Part shown: positions 27,372-41,164 of the stretch, piece by piece
Layout: the number at the start of each line of letters is the position of its first letter
Numbering within the stretch: the first letter of the stretch is position 1
NCBI RefSeq assembly: GCF_006345805.1
Contig: NC_043002.1
Coordinates: 38,936,001-39,000,000 of the forward strand
DNA: 64,000 nt
Origin: Octopus sinensis
Taxonomy: Eukaryota
Direction: 5' to 3'
The notes under the pieces: model-generated
What the model was told of the DNA's origin: nothing
The model's input: the letters and a program-made list of their open reading frames with translations, nothing else
Database searches by the model: none
Position numbers and translations under genes: made by a program

Positions 27372-27428
<57 letters not shown>

Positions 27429-27619
27429 GCTTACTCCGGTATATATATATTTATATATATATAATATATATATGTTATATATATATATATTATATATATA
27501 TATATATCTATATATATTATATAACCGGAGTAAGTAACACATAAATGTGAAACAAGGTAGAAAAAGAGAGTACTCAAATACCAGATGTAGAGTAAAAAGC
27601 ACAAGAAATATAACAAAAG

Positions 27620-27657
27620 CTGTTACTCAGAGTTTCACGTTCCCATTCGTCGGACAG
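27620..27657 (-). ncRNA. Minimal type I hammerhead motif (CCGACGA core variant)
   Basis: Minus strand ctgt-CCGACGA-atg ggaa cgt-GAAA-ctc t gag-TA-acag. Confidence 0.65.
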
Positions 27658-27780
27658 TTTTGGTAAAATAGAACAGAAATAACAATATGTTCAAAACTAG
27701 TTAAAGGATACACCTTTACAACGGGAACATGCAACTCTGAGCAACAGCTTTTGTTATATTTCTGCTGCTTTTAAATAAAG

Positions 27781-27828
<48 letters not shown>

Positions 27829-27829
<1 letters not shown>

Positions 27830-27980
27830 GAGAGACTTCTTTCAGTTTCCATCTACCAAGTCCACTCACAAGTCTTTGGTTGGCCCGAGTAGAAAATACT
27901 TGCCCAAATGTCATGCAGTGGGACTTAAGCATGTGGTTGGTAAGCAACCTTCTTATCACACAACCACGGCAGCGCCTATT
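27829..27980 (-). mobile_element. SINE family B, 5' part
   Basis: Matches the family consensus in reverse. Confidence 0.8.
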
Positions 27981-29385
27981 TGTATGCATGTGTGTGAGTC
28001 TGTGTAAATATATGTATATACTTATATAACAATATATGTATATGTATACTCATACATGGGTATAGTTTCTATGTATGCGTGTATTATATGTGTGTGTGTG
28101 TGTGTGCGTGTAAGTGTGTGCAAATTTTATTTTGCCTAGATGCTTAATATTTCTATACATGCATGGATATAACACTTGAAAAGTTGATTCCCTTCGTTTT
28201 TATTCTTAGCCATGATTATTTTTATATTATTTTATTAATTCTCCCAAGCGCTAATATCCTGATTTCGTCAAATGAAGAATGCCACGAGTGTGTTATATTT
28301 GAGTAATTAGTTAATGATTCTTTATTATGATTAATAAATATATGCAATCAATATTAAGTATATATAATTAAGATTAATGTGAATATAAATGTGGAACTTA
28401 CACCTTTTATATTTTTTTATTTTTTTAATTTTTTCCTTTGTATATGTGTTCTCAAATAGATTCTGTCATTAATTAGAAAATTAATGTTATATTTCTCGTT
28501 TTCCCTTCAGCTTGTCCATTTCTCATAGTTAATCAAATGTAAAATATTTAGCCATTATTTAACCATTATGTTTTATTTACATTATATGGCAATGTTTTTT
28601 TAATCGCACGCTTTGGTCAAATTAGCAATTTAAGCGAACTGAAAATGGCATCTTGCAAATTTACCTAGGTAATCAATTTAAATCAAATGAAATTCCATCT
28701 GAATTGATTAGAGAGCAGCAACACCATTCTCCTGCCCTCTCCCTTCTTCCAATTTCTCATAAGAGAAAAGTTATTTTGAAATGAATTAAAATGACAGCTT
28801 TCCGAATCGATCGGAATTCGGCAGAAGTGTTGACTGTTTTTATCTCAACACCGGTAGCCGTGTCGACTCTGCTTGCCAGAAGCATTTAATTCTCAATAAG
28901 TCGACTTGTCAATAGATAATTCCAATATGTCATGCCAATGATAAATAATAGTTAACTGGCTGAAAGTATATATTATGTTTTGTATGTCTTGGTACGATGA
29001 AAAAGACTAGACTTGAATCAAAAATTAGATGGAAAGAAATATATTAATCGATTAATAACTTTTTCTTTTTGTTGCTGTTGTTTTGCTTTTTTTTTTGTTG
29101 CGTTTTGTTTTCTTTCTCGGCTAATATTTGAGTCAAAGTTAGACAGGTTTAAGCCTTATTTAGTATCTTCGGTAGAAAAATAAATGCCACAGACAAGTAT
29201 AATTCAGCCGTGCAAGTAGCAACAAGAATGTATAATTGGCTTCTTTTAACAAACCATACGTCCTCTGTTGTCGTTTTTTGTTGTCGTAGCCCGGGTAAGC
29301 TCTAATGGGACAAACCTTTGATCAAAAGTGCGATTTTCCCGTCTGTGTGTGTGTGTAAATATATATATGTATATATATATATATA

Positions 29386-29500
29386 TACGGCCATATCACG
29401 TTGAAAGCACTGGTTTTCGTCTGATCATCGAAGTTAAGCAACGTCGAGCCTAGTCAGTACGTAGATGGGTGACCGCTTGGGAAACCTAGGTGCAGTAAGC
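29386..29500 (+). pseudogene. 5S rRNA pseudogene
   Basis: tacggccatatcacgttgaaa...gaagttaagcaacgtcgagcc..gt.agtac...gatgggtgaccgc.tgggaa...ggtgc.gta.gc matches metazoan 5S; several CG>TG/CA-type changes disrupt the helices. Confidence 0.92.
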
Positions 29501-29568
29501 ATAGCACATTGAATGGCGGTGCCCCAGCATGGCCACAGCACGTGAGCTGAAACTAGATAAAATAAAAT

Positions 29569-29621
<53 letters not shown>

Positions 29622-29658
29622 GGAAGTAAAAGAGAGAGAGAAACAGGTAGACAGAAAG

Positions 29659-29800
<142 letters not shown>

Positions 29801-30417
29801 GATTACATTAATAAACGTAAATGTAAATGAGTTTTTTATCCCTTTTCTAATAATGGTAGGATCTGTTTTAAAGGAATTTAAATGCAGACTCTAGCAGATT
29901 GTGTGATGTCGTATTAGTCACCTCCAGCACGTCCTGAAATTGGCAGTGTCTCTAGAAGCACAACTTGCAATGTTTTCAAGCTTAAAACAAAAGAAAGGCA
30001 TTTAGATTTTATGAACATTGAATTCTGTAGAAGAACAAAAACAAAACAATTATTATGGAAAAATGGAAATGGCGGCAGAAAAGGAATAGCAGGCTTATCA
30101 AAATAAGTAATGGGGTTGATTCGTTCGACTAAAACCCTTCCAAGTGATGCTTCAGCATAGCCGCAGTCCAGTGACTGAAACAAGTAACAGATAAAAGCGA
30201 AGATAATAGAAAATTCTTAAGAAATCTATTTGTCAGAAGTGGAACGGAGACAAGAGTCAAATGTTTTATATGATTGAATGAAGAATATTTAAATAAATAT
30301 AACATTAAAACTAAAGCAAAACTAAACCCTACCCCACTTCCTCCCTTGCATAAATTGTAATGGTAGCATTTATATATTTACAATGTTTTACTCTTTGAAA
30401 ATCTGCTGTGTTCTGCG

Positions 30418-30476
<59 letters not shown>

Positions 30477-30719
30477 AATGTAATATGTGGCTTTGTTCCT
30501 TTTTCTACTTGTGTAGGCCTTATCTAGAAAATTAAAACAGAATAGAATTCAATGGAATAATATCGAATACGATTTAACAGAATGTAATAAAACTGAATTG
30601 ATTTCAGAAATGGTCATTTCCAGTGTATGTGCCATACATTGGAATTTACTTTAGGTAAAGCTTAAAAGATAATGGCGCAAGATAAAGCAGATAACGTGGG
30701 TGACATAGAAGGACGATGG

Positions 30720-31330
30720 ACAGAGGTGGAGAGAAGGAAGGAGAAAGAGAGAGGGAGAGTGATGGCGGGAAGGGGAGATACAGAGGAGGTGCGGGAGATG
30801 GAGAGAGGAGAGAAGGAGAGGGAAAAAGGGGATAGAAATAGAGGGAAGAGAAAGGGAGAGAGAAAAAGAAGGAGGGAAGGCGAGAGAATGGGAAAGAGAG
30901 ACGGAAAGAGAAAGAAGGATAGAAGAGGAAGAAAGATAGAGTGAGAGAGGGGGAAAGAGAAAGAGAAGGAGAAAGGGAACAGAAATGGAGGGGAGAGAAA
31001 GGAAGAGAAAAACAGGCGAAAAGGAGACAGAGAGAGAGAGAAAGAAAGACGGAAAGGAGGAGAGGGATGGAGAATGAGGAAAATAGAGAGAGGGGATGGA
31101 GAGAGAGGGAGGAGAAGGGGAGAGAAAGGGGAGAGAAAGGGACAGAGGTACAGAAGGAGAGAGAGAGGAAGACAGAAAGGAGGAGACGGTTTGAGAAGAG
31201 ATAGAGAGAGGAGGAGAGGGGAGAAGACGGATGGTGAGAGGTAGAAGGAGAGAGAGAAAAAGATAAAAGAAAAACAATAAGAAAGAAAAGTAGAGAGAAA
31301 AAGAAAAAAGAAACAAGCAAACAAAGAAAA
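30720..31330. repeat. Polypurine (GA-rich) low-complexity tract
   Basis: Almost only G/A on the + strand; explains ORFs 30646-31336. Confidence 0.9.
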
Positions 31331-32228
31331 CGACAATTTATATAAATGTTACATTATACAATATAGATATCCAAGATATAAGATATCAGTCGCTGAAATA
31401 TACGTTACGGCTATAATATCATAATTAAATCAACCAACTCCACGACGTTGTTCGGCTCTAATAAAGTTGAACGGAACTACATATTATATTTACTCTATCT
31501 ATATTTAAATAAACATGGCGTATTTTATTATGAAAGTTTGAGTTGGGATTAATGCACACGTTAACATTACTAGCTATACGATTGAATAATACTGAATTCT
31601 CTTCGATTGCAAATTTTTTGCTTCAGTATACCCGTCATTTGCTCTTTGTGTGAAGTATGAAACCTTATAGATATTCTATTTCATATCGAAATGTTGTATT
31701 GATTTCACAAAATCGAGTGAGATTACATATACGTTTTAACACACAGAGTACATCTGTCTCAAATGCTGCTGCATCATGGGATACGCACATTAGGAATTTG
31801 TGCGGAACGCTGATTCCGACTGAGAATTACATTAAGGGTTAAAGGTATTTGCGTAAAACTCAGCGACTTATTCAGCCAACAAATTCTATGAGCATAGTAG
31901 ATCACTTTGATCAACAACTGAAAGCACAATTCTGGAAATTCTGACCTACATCCATTATGTATGTGTGTGTGTGTGTGTGTGCGTGTGCGTGTGTTATGTA
32001 ATAGAAAAGAGTAAAGTTCCTTCCTATGAGGGCCAGTCTGGCGGTTTCCATGGCGTATATATTCCCCGCCAGGGGAGAACGCCAGTCCGTAAGAGGATTA
32101 CTCAGTTTAACCACATGAGTGGACTGGAGCAACGTGAGAGGAAGTCTTTTATTTAAGAACACAACGCATCGCTCGGTCCAGGAATATCATAAATGAATAA
32201 ATATATATATATAGATATATTATATATA

Positions 32229-32292
<64 letters not shown>

Positions 32293-32689
32293 TATACATA
32301 TATATATATTTACTTGGAAATGGATGCGTGCGACCAATAAAATAATATATAAATAATATATATATGCATATATGGGTACAGGACGGCATCAATAGTAAGC
32401 AACATGAAATACGCAAATAATGATAGAAAAAAGGAAACAAGACAAGTAATACAAAGAACGACTCTGCATTTACATATATGGACATACACATACATAAAGA
32501 TGCATATAGATACGTACATAGACCCACACACACACTTACATTACACATACACACATATGTATATATATATATATACATATGTGTGTATGTGTAATGTAAG
32601 TGTGTGTGTGTATAATTCATGTGTGTGTCATACATATACACATACATAGATACTTATATCTATATACATATACCCATCTGGATTGTAAG

Positions 32690-33860
32690 TTACATGTCTA
32701 AATATGTTATTCGGATAATCTTCTTTTTTAGTATATGAGGTTAATCCGAGTTGTGGATTTTAGGTTTACATTAGTTAGGTATGGTTTGGATTGTGGTATG
32801 TGAATGGGTGTTTAGTTGTATAAAGGCACCTCGATAATTGTTCCGTAAATCTGTTTATAATGCTCTCCTTTGTTAACAATATTGAGAGTGACTCTTCGGA
32901 ACATAACCGGCGTTTCTAGGAAATGTGTTATAGGGACTCGCATGTCTAATTATAGACCGGTTCATGTCATATTTTGCCTCTCTTCCTCGGCCCCCATATA
33001 AAATCAGCCTGTGATGTTAGATGCCGTTTAAGGATTTTTCGAAAGCTGGCAACGTGGCTGCAATATCTATTTTTGAAAATATCGGCCAATGCACCGATAT
33101 ATACGTAAAGGCCACCTTTAGTGTTTACTGTGCACTTATACACCACATTTCTGGTCATGCATTGACTGTCCAAAGGACATTTAGATATGTCTCTGAATGA
33201 GCATTACTAGTTGGTTACTAGTTGCAGCGAGCACTAGATGAATTAGTTCTATTCAGTATATTTGTAGTCATTGTTAACCTATTATTATTACTATTTTGGG
33301 GTGTGTAAGTGTAGTTGTTTGAACTGTTGCTAGTGTGATTCGTTGGTTGGTTATTGTAGATATTGTAGTTTTTTTTTTCTCAATTGGTTGGTATTATAGT
33401 TCGAGTCATTACCACTTTGATGCATTAAATGCATTGTCTCTAGGTTGGTTATATGAGTCACGGCCAATTTTGAGGGATATTTTCAGTGCAGTCTGTTTGC
33501 TGACTTAGTTTACGATTACTAATCCTATGAATGTGGTGCTCTGTATCTGATGAGTTAGCAAAGGACAGTTTTACAGCGTGACGGTTGAATATTTTGGGGA
33601 TCTCTCGTTCTTGAATTGCATGGAGATAGCATTCGAAGTGGGATGTCATGAACTTGTTGGTATTCAATACCAAGCTTTTGACATGATCAATCTCATGTAT
33701 GGCTTGTGATTTTCGTGCCAAGTGCCTTCTCGATGAACTGGTTCATCTTTCTATTCTCTTCTGATAAATTGATTTTACCAACGCTCCTCGGGGAGAAATC
33801 AATATCAGCTCTTATTTTATATCTCTCCTCAAGTTTATTAGCTATCCAAATTATGTTGCT
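32690..33860 (-). mobile_element. Penelope-like retroelement relic (RT C-terminal linker and GIY-YIG endonuclease)
   Basis: KIFNRHAVKLSF, then CMTRNVVYKCTV...YVYIG...FKNRY..H..SF, then a degraded WSII..ASPY..C.LC..E region; many stops and frameshifts. Confidence 0.85.
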
Positions 33861-33936
33861 AATTTTATGGTCACAGAATTGGGCAATATAGCTACTGGTT
33901 CCTTTCCTCTACTGCAAATGCTGTTTCAGTAATGCA

Positions 33937-33967
<31 letters not shown>

Positions 33968-34053
33968 TGTATGTATGTATGTAGTATGTATGTATGTATG
34001 TATGCATGTATGTATGTATGTATGATGTATGTATGTATGTATGTATGTACGTA

Positions 34054-35297
34054 TTGGGTCATCCCATAAATAATACGCTTTTTTCAATTGCATGAACTAA
34101 AAGTTGGAGGGTGACTGGATAAACTACCTGCATCAACTTGCTATAAAAGCAAGTAGTAATTTTAGCTTGCACTTATTCTTAGTCCAAGTTTTGAAGAGTG
34201 CAGTTCGATTTTAACAGTTATTTTTTCAAAGCTATAATGGAAATGACAAAGGAGCATATTCGGTATATTTTGCTTTATGAGTTCAGTAAAGGTAACAATG
34301 CACCGGAAAGTGTGAAGAATATTAATGCAGTAAATGAGGATCGGGCAATAAGTGTAAGCCAGTGTCAACAGTGGTTCCAGAAATTCCGAGGCAGAAACTA
34401 CAACCTAGAAAACGAGCCTCGTCCTGGGAGATCTGTAGAGCTCGACGAGGAAGTCCAGCAAACCCTGATGGAACAAAATCCCATCGTATCTGTTGAGAAA
34501 TTAGCAGAGAAGCTTGGGTTTAGTCATTCAACCTTTCATCGACGCCTGGGTGCCATCGGAAAGCCAGCAAATTGGTTCAATGGGTTCCTCACAAACTTTC
34601 CGAGACTAATCGCGCGCGGAGAGTGAATGTGCTCTCCTCTTTACTGATACGTCTCACGAATGAACCTTTTTGAAACCGAAAAGCGCTGAAGACAGTGGGT
34701 AATGAAAGGAAAAACACCGGCACCTCAGGCTAAAGAAAGTCTTCACCCATGCAAGGTATTGTTATCTGTTTGCTGGATACGAAAGGTGTAGTCTACTTTG
34801 AACTTTTAAATCCAAATCAAATGATAACAAAGGAAATCTACTGCGAGTAGCATGGGGGGGTTGGCGGCTTAATATCAGCACCAGAAGATAAACGACTACT
34901 TTTGGTTTCAAGACGAAAGGTATTCTTCCATGAGGATAATTTTCGATCTCATACAGCGAGGATAACATTCCAAAGGTTGGAGCAGTTTGAATGGGAAACG
35001 TTGCCCCCCCCCCACCTCAACCATATTCGCTGCACATTGTCCCATCCGATTATCATATATTCTGCAGTCTTCAAAATTATTTGGGCGGAAAATATATGAA
35101 TTCTGTAGACGAGGTCAGAACGGTACTGGAGGAATATTTTTCATCGTGGACAAGTGGATTTTGGAAGTCTACCAGATAGATGGAAGGGCCTTGTAGAAAA
35201 TGAAGAGGAGTATATTTTAGATTTAAAAAGAACTTTGTTTATCTTAATTTTGAACAATAAATGAAATATAGAAAAACCGCATTATTTATGGGATGAC

Positions 35298-35301
<4 letters not shown>
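34054..35301 (+). mobile_element. Mariner (DD34D-type) transposon with both TIRs and a decayed transposase
   Basis: ~30-bp TIRs ttgggtcatcccataaataat.cg.ttttt, flanked by TA; MEMTKEHIR...WFQKFR...PRPGR, FHEDN...H, PSDYHIF. Confidence 0.95.
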
Positions 35302-35371
<70 letters not shown>

Positions 35372-35565
35372 TAGATAGATAGATAGATAGTAGATAGATA
35401 GATAGATAGATATGTAAGTATGTGTGTGTGTGCATATATATACGTATATATTTATATCTATATACATATATACATTATTTATGGGACGACCAAATATGTA
35501 TGTAAGTACATATATATAGTGACAGGGAGTATGTGTGTGAGAGAGAGAGAGAGAAAGAGAAAGAG

Positions 35566-35740
35566 ACAGGCGTGGGTGTGTAGTTAAGAAGCTTGTTTCC
35601 CAACCATATTGTTCCAGGTTCAGTCCCACTGCGTGACACCTCGTGTAGATGTCTTCTACTATAGCCTCGGGCCGACCAACGCTTTGTGAATGTATTTGGT
35701 AGACGGAAACTGAAAGAAGCCCGACGTATATATGCATATA

Positions 35741-35793
<53 letters not shown>

Positions 35794-36015
35794 ATGTATG
35801 CATGTATGTATGTATATGTTTGTGTGTCTGTGTTTTTCCCCACCACCATAGCTTGACAATCGATGTTGGTGCGATTCCGTCACCGTGGCTTACCGGTTTG
35901 GTGAAAGAGACCAATAGAATAAGTACTAGGCTAACAAAGAATAAGTCCCGGGGTCATTTGTTCGACTAACGGCGTTGCTCCAGCATGGCTGCTGATAAAT
36001 TACTGAAATAAAGAC
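35566..36015 (+). mobile_element. SINE family B, full length with internal microsatellite
   Basis: Head, (TA)(TG)n and tail consensus. Confidence 0.88.
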
Positions 36016-36119
36016 TAAAAAATATACATAGATACAGGAATATAAATACACACGCATACACACCCATACATACATACATACATACATACATACATACATA
36101 CATACATACTACACCAATG

Positions 36120-36415
36120 TGAAGGCGCGCTGGTAAGTGGTCAGAGTATTTGGCTCATGATCGCAAGGCCATGAGTTCAATTCCCAGCGACGCATTATGT
36201 CCTTGAACAAGACACTTTATTCCACTCAGCAGTCAAAAATGAGTAGTACCTGTATTTCAAAGAGTCAAACCTGTCACATTCTATGTCACGCTGAATCTAC
36301 TTGAGAACTACGTTATAAGGGTGCATGTGTCTGTGGAGTGCTCAACCACATGCACGTTAATTTCACGAGCAGGCTGTTCCGTTGATTAGATTAACTGGAA
36401 CCTTTGTCGACGTGC
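36120..36415 (+). mobile_element. tRNA-derived SINE, third family
   Basis: Head ggcgcgctggtaagtggtcagag...gagttcaattccc, then gtccttgaacaagacactt...ccactcagc; 3' part shared with 2623-2794. Confidence 0.75.
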
Positions 36416-38066
36416 CACCTGTATGCATCCATTGGATCTTTTCTGTTTGGTTACCAGCGTCAATTTTCGGTTCGAATTGATTTCATAATCAGTATAATGA
36501 TACACTTTTATAGGCTAATTAATGAGGCGAAAGTAATTTTCGCTATAAATCAGTAAATAAAAGGATATTAGTAAGTAAATTTTGAAAATTTTGGTAATTT
36601 TAGCCAATCGTAAGCCACAGACACATTCATGGCTGTTTCGATAGTAAGAAGCGGAACATGTGAACACTTTTGTGTCCCAACGTACCTGTTGCCATAGTAA
36701 TAAGCGAATCCAAGCAGTCTTTGAAAAGTCTATTATCTGCGAGGAAGCACGTGTTGACAAATTTGACACTGTGCTCTGTGTGATTATGGCAACAAGTTCC
36801 AGTAACTTCACTTCTATTATGGAAACATTGAAAACAGTGGAAGATATTTTAAAAATTAAAACCGAAAGTTAAATGTTTGTTTTTTAAGTATATTTAAATT
36901 ATAATTAAACATATTTAAATTGTTTGGTTGATGTTTGTTTCTTTTTGTCATTGAGCATTGAGGTGGATGTGAGGTGTGCTAAAAATAACAGCTAAATAAG
37001 ATTGTTTAGATAAATCTTTTAAATTAAAGTTTATTTGTCAACGTCGCGCTCAGAGATTTAAAACTGTTTTTCTCTTTTAAATTAACATAAACATTTATTT
37101 ACACAAAAGAAACTTACCGAAGAACTTTCATCTAATTCTTCTAAATCTTTCTGTTAAAAACTGTAATGTGTTTATTGCATATAAACGTGTTGTGTATCGC
37201 ATTTGCATTAAACACTGGTGGTTGTAAGGTGTGCTAAAAATAACAGCTAAATAAGATTTATCTACTTGAAAGATACCGGAGATATAATACGTGTTGTTTG
37301 TAAATATTGACAACTCTTGCTATTTTTAGGATACTGACGACAAAATGTGCTGTCACGCACAAAATGACAGCTTCCAAATCCTGTTTCTTGACTGGATGAA
37401 AATGATTATACTTTAAACTTCTACATTTTAAAAACAATTTTTCTGAAAAAAATGAAATAACTCCAGCAATTCAGTTTGTGAAACTGTATTATTGTGCGAA
37501 ATTATAAATTTTTCGGCAAACTTTAATTTTGGAGCCGCTGGCAACCAAACAGAAAAGATCCCATGCATTTTATATACGTATTAAATATACGTTTATATGT
37601 GTGTGCGTGGGTACATAAATCTTTGCAAGCGGGCGTGCGTGTGCGAGAGTACGAGTGTGCGTGCGTATGTTAAGTTACCCGTGTTATCTCCCTTAACAAA
37701 ACCACGTTAGAGAATCGGTGATTGCTATCACTCTGACAGCAACAAATATCTGCTAGAACTTACCTTCGCTTCATCTTAGCAATTATAAGCAGTAGTAGCC
37801 TAAACGTGAATATTAAATAACATATTAAGAGCAGGGCAGTATAAGATGTGCTTCTCATTGAAACGATGCAGGAAAGCTAATGTTATCGCTGTCCCTACTA
37901 TGTTAGAGTTGCTAAATACTGAACCAAATATGGCCACGGCTCCCGTATCGTCTCCATTTGATATGTATACTCTCACTTCCGCAGAGATTTTTTTTCCTTT
38001 TTTTTCAACACACACGCGCGCGCGCGCACACACACACTTATATATATATATAATATATATATATAT

Positions 38067-38098
<32 letters not shown>

Positions 38099-38128
38099 GT
38101 ATAATATATATATATGTATGTATGTATG

Positions 38129-38166
<38 letters not shown>

Positions 38167-38826
38167 CTTAAGAGCGAGAAAGAAAAAAGAGATACATACC
38201 CATACGCATAACACTTTTACATATACACACAAGCACGTGTACATATAAATACTCGCACGCACTTATATATATATATGTGTGTGTGTGTGTGTACAGTCGT
38301 TGATGTATTCGCTGCCTCAAAGTATTTGCGACTATGTATGTGTGTATGTATGCTTACGATAGTATTGATATCCACGCGTACACATATACTCGCTTACACA
38401 CACTCGCGAACAGATAGGTGCGTGCACACATACACACACACACATACACACACTCACATACGCTTATATATTTTTATACACATATATCTTTATATACACA
38501 CATACAGACAGATATACAGATATATACATATACATATAGACACAGACGTAAATATCTATTGCATTCGTGTAAATGTGTGTGTTTGTATGTGTATGTGTGT
38601 GTATGTAAGGAGAGACGACGGCAGTATTCTGATGATAGTAAGCAGATGCAACCAATTTTATTGCGTGCATGTGCGTATACGTGTGTGTGTATACACAACG
38701 CACACAGACACACATATATATATATATATATACATATTCATATACATATATATATATATACATATATATGTATATATGTGTATATGTGTATATATATGTA
38801 TATACATGTATTATACAAATAAATGA

Positions 38827-38875
<49 letters not shown>

Positions 38876-38887
38876 TATATATATATA

Positions 38888-39255
38888 ACAGGAGTGGCTG
38901 TGTGGTAAGTCGCTTGCTAACCAACCACACGGTACCGGGTTCAGTCCCACTGCGTAGCACCTTGGAGAAGTGTCTTCTACTATAGCCCTCAGGCCGATCA
39001 AAGGCTTGTGAGTGGATTTGGAAACTGAAAGAAGCCTGTTGTATATATATATGTGTGGGGGGGATTCTCCCCCCCCCCATCACTTGACAACCGATGTCAT
39101 TGTGTTCACGTCACCGTAACCTAGAAGTTCGGCCAAAATGATCGATAGAATAAGTACTAGGCTTACAAAGAATAAGTTCTGGGGTCGATTTGTTCGGCAA
39201 ATTGCCCCAGCATGGCCGCAGTCAAATGACTGAAACAAATAAGAGAATAAAAGAA
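38888..39255 (+). mobile_element. SINE family B
   Basis: caggagtggctgtgtggtaagt...gggttcagtcccactgcg...ccagcatggccgcagtcaaatgactgaaac. Confidence 0.9.
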
Positions 39256-39483
39256 TATACATGTATAACAGCGTGCGAGTTTTTTTCACTTCTTTCCGAA
39301 GGTTATCTCCCCCTTATCATTTCGTGTTGCTCGCAATTGCTTCCAATCAATTGTTCTTTCTTTGGGAGTGAAGATAACATCGATTAAATTAAGTATTTAT
39401 TCTGTATCGTATTTAATATACTCCTGCTGTTCGAATTTATGCCACTGGCCACTCTGAGTTATTTCTCTTAGTGCATTTTTTTC

Positions 39484-39516
<33 letters not shown>

Positions 39517-39576
39517 CATACATACTACATACATACATACATACATATGTAAATAGACAAACAGATACAGATGTAT

Positions 39577-40780
39577 TTGGTCGGTCAAAAAGTGAATTCG
39601 GTTTTTGTTGACATTAAACTTCAAACCCTCTGATAAGTAGCTAACTTCGGTCTGTATCCTGCGCATCCGCACCCGTTAAATTCTTCACACTTCAAAGTAG
39701 TTCGACGCGAACGTGGGAGGATGTAAGTTGTAATTTTTGTGCTTGCGATTAAAATCGTTTTTGTTCTACAAATGGAGAAACAAAACAGAAATTATGAGCT
39801 TGCTCCTTTATATATATTTTTTTTAATAATAAGAAAGCGGTATAAAATTACTGAAATATATGTGCTGTGTACGAGGGCGGCGAGCTGGCGGAAACGTTAG
39901 CACGCCGAGCGAAATGCGTAGCCGTATTTCGTCTGCCGTTACGTTCTGAGTTCAAATTCTGCCGAGGTCGACTTTGCCTTTCATCCTTTCGGGGTCGATA
40001 AATTAAGTACCAGTGTACCAGTTACACACTGGGGTCGATGTAATCGACTTAATCCGTTTGTCTGTCCTTGTTTGTCCCCTCCCTGTTTAGCCCCTTGTGG
40101 GTAGTAAAGAAATGCATACGTGCTGTGTACGGGGAGAATGCTGTTTCGAAACGTGTGCGCCGGAAGTAGTTTTCAAGATTTCGATTGGGAACTTTGTTTT
40201 GTTCAAGATGCACCTCGCTCGGCTCGGCCACCCGAGATTAACAGTGACACCAAACCCTGCTGTACGACCAGGATGATCGCAGATATTTACCAAATATCCA
40301 AGTCGGGTGTTGAAAACTATCAGCATCAAATGAAGCAAACTTCACCCAACGGTTTTCTATCTGCTATTCGTTGCAGAAACGTGAAGAAAGCGTTCCGTTT
40401 TCAAGAGAATGGTGACAGGGCACGAAAAATAGATCGTCTATCACTGGCTGAAACGAATATGAAGAAAGCGCGGTAAACCAACACAAACAAGCTCCAAAAC
40501 AGGACTTCGCCTGAAGAAGTCTATGCTTTCAATTTGGTGCGACTGGAAGCTCTTATGCAGTGATTCACCAGAAACTTGCAAAGTTGCTAATCATTGTCTT
40601 TCATCACGACAATGCCAGACGGCAAAACTCTTCGCAGACGCAGCAGAAGTTACTGGAGCGTAGCTTGGAAATTTTGCCGCACATTCCTTATTCGCCCGAT
40701 CTTGCGCCTTTGTTTTTTTTTTCTGATTTTCTTGGCTACATCAATCAAAATGTCCTAAACAGCATTTCTAAAATATAAAA
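39577..40780 (+). mobile_element. Decayed mariner transposon interrupted by a SINE
   Basis: Left TIR-like ttggtcggtcaaaaagtgaattcggttttt; MEKQ... start; FHHDNARR...LEILPHIPYSPDLAP; no right TIR found. Confidence 0.85.
39875..40113 (+). mobile_element. SINE family A with target-site duplication
   Basis: gtgctgtgtacg at 39862-39873 and 40120-40131 flanks the SINE. Confidence 0.92.
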
Positions 40781-41164
40781 AAAAATGTGGACTACAAGAC
40801 AGAAACATAGATAGAGGGGCAGATAATCGCAATTGTAGAGAATTCCAGCCTGATCTTGGCGAAGTTTTCGCGCCTTCTTTAGGGTGTTTCATTTCATTTA
40901 TTTTTCACGATTATGTATTTAAATTACATCCTCATATAATTATTGTATGTTTTATATAATCGTTTATTTATTCTTTGTTTTTAATTGATATCAAATTTCA
41001 AATATGCTCATTGTATCAAAGCTTTACCCCTCCCTTCGTTTTCCTATAAGTTTAGTCTTGTCTATCGTGACAGGTTTTTATAACTCCATATTTTAGAGTA
41101 ACGTAAGATATATAGTGACCGATAAATTGCTATTGTTCTTCTTCTTTTTCTTCCTTTTTATACT

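Noticed and set aside
29386-29500. Functional 5S rRNA gene
   Set aside because: Solitary, 5' end lost, helix-disrupting substitutions and no oligo-T terminator.
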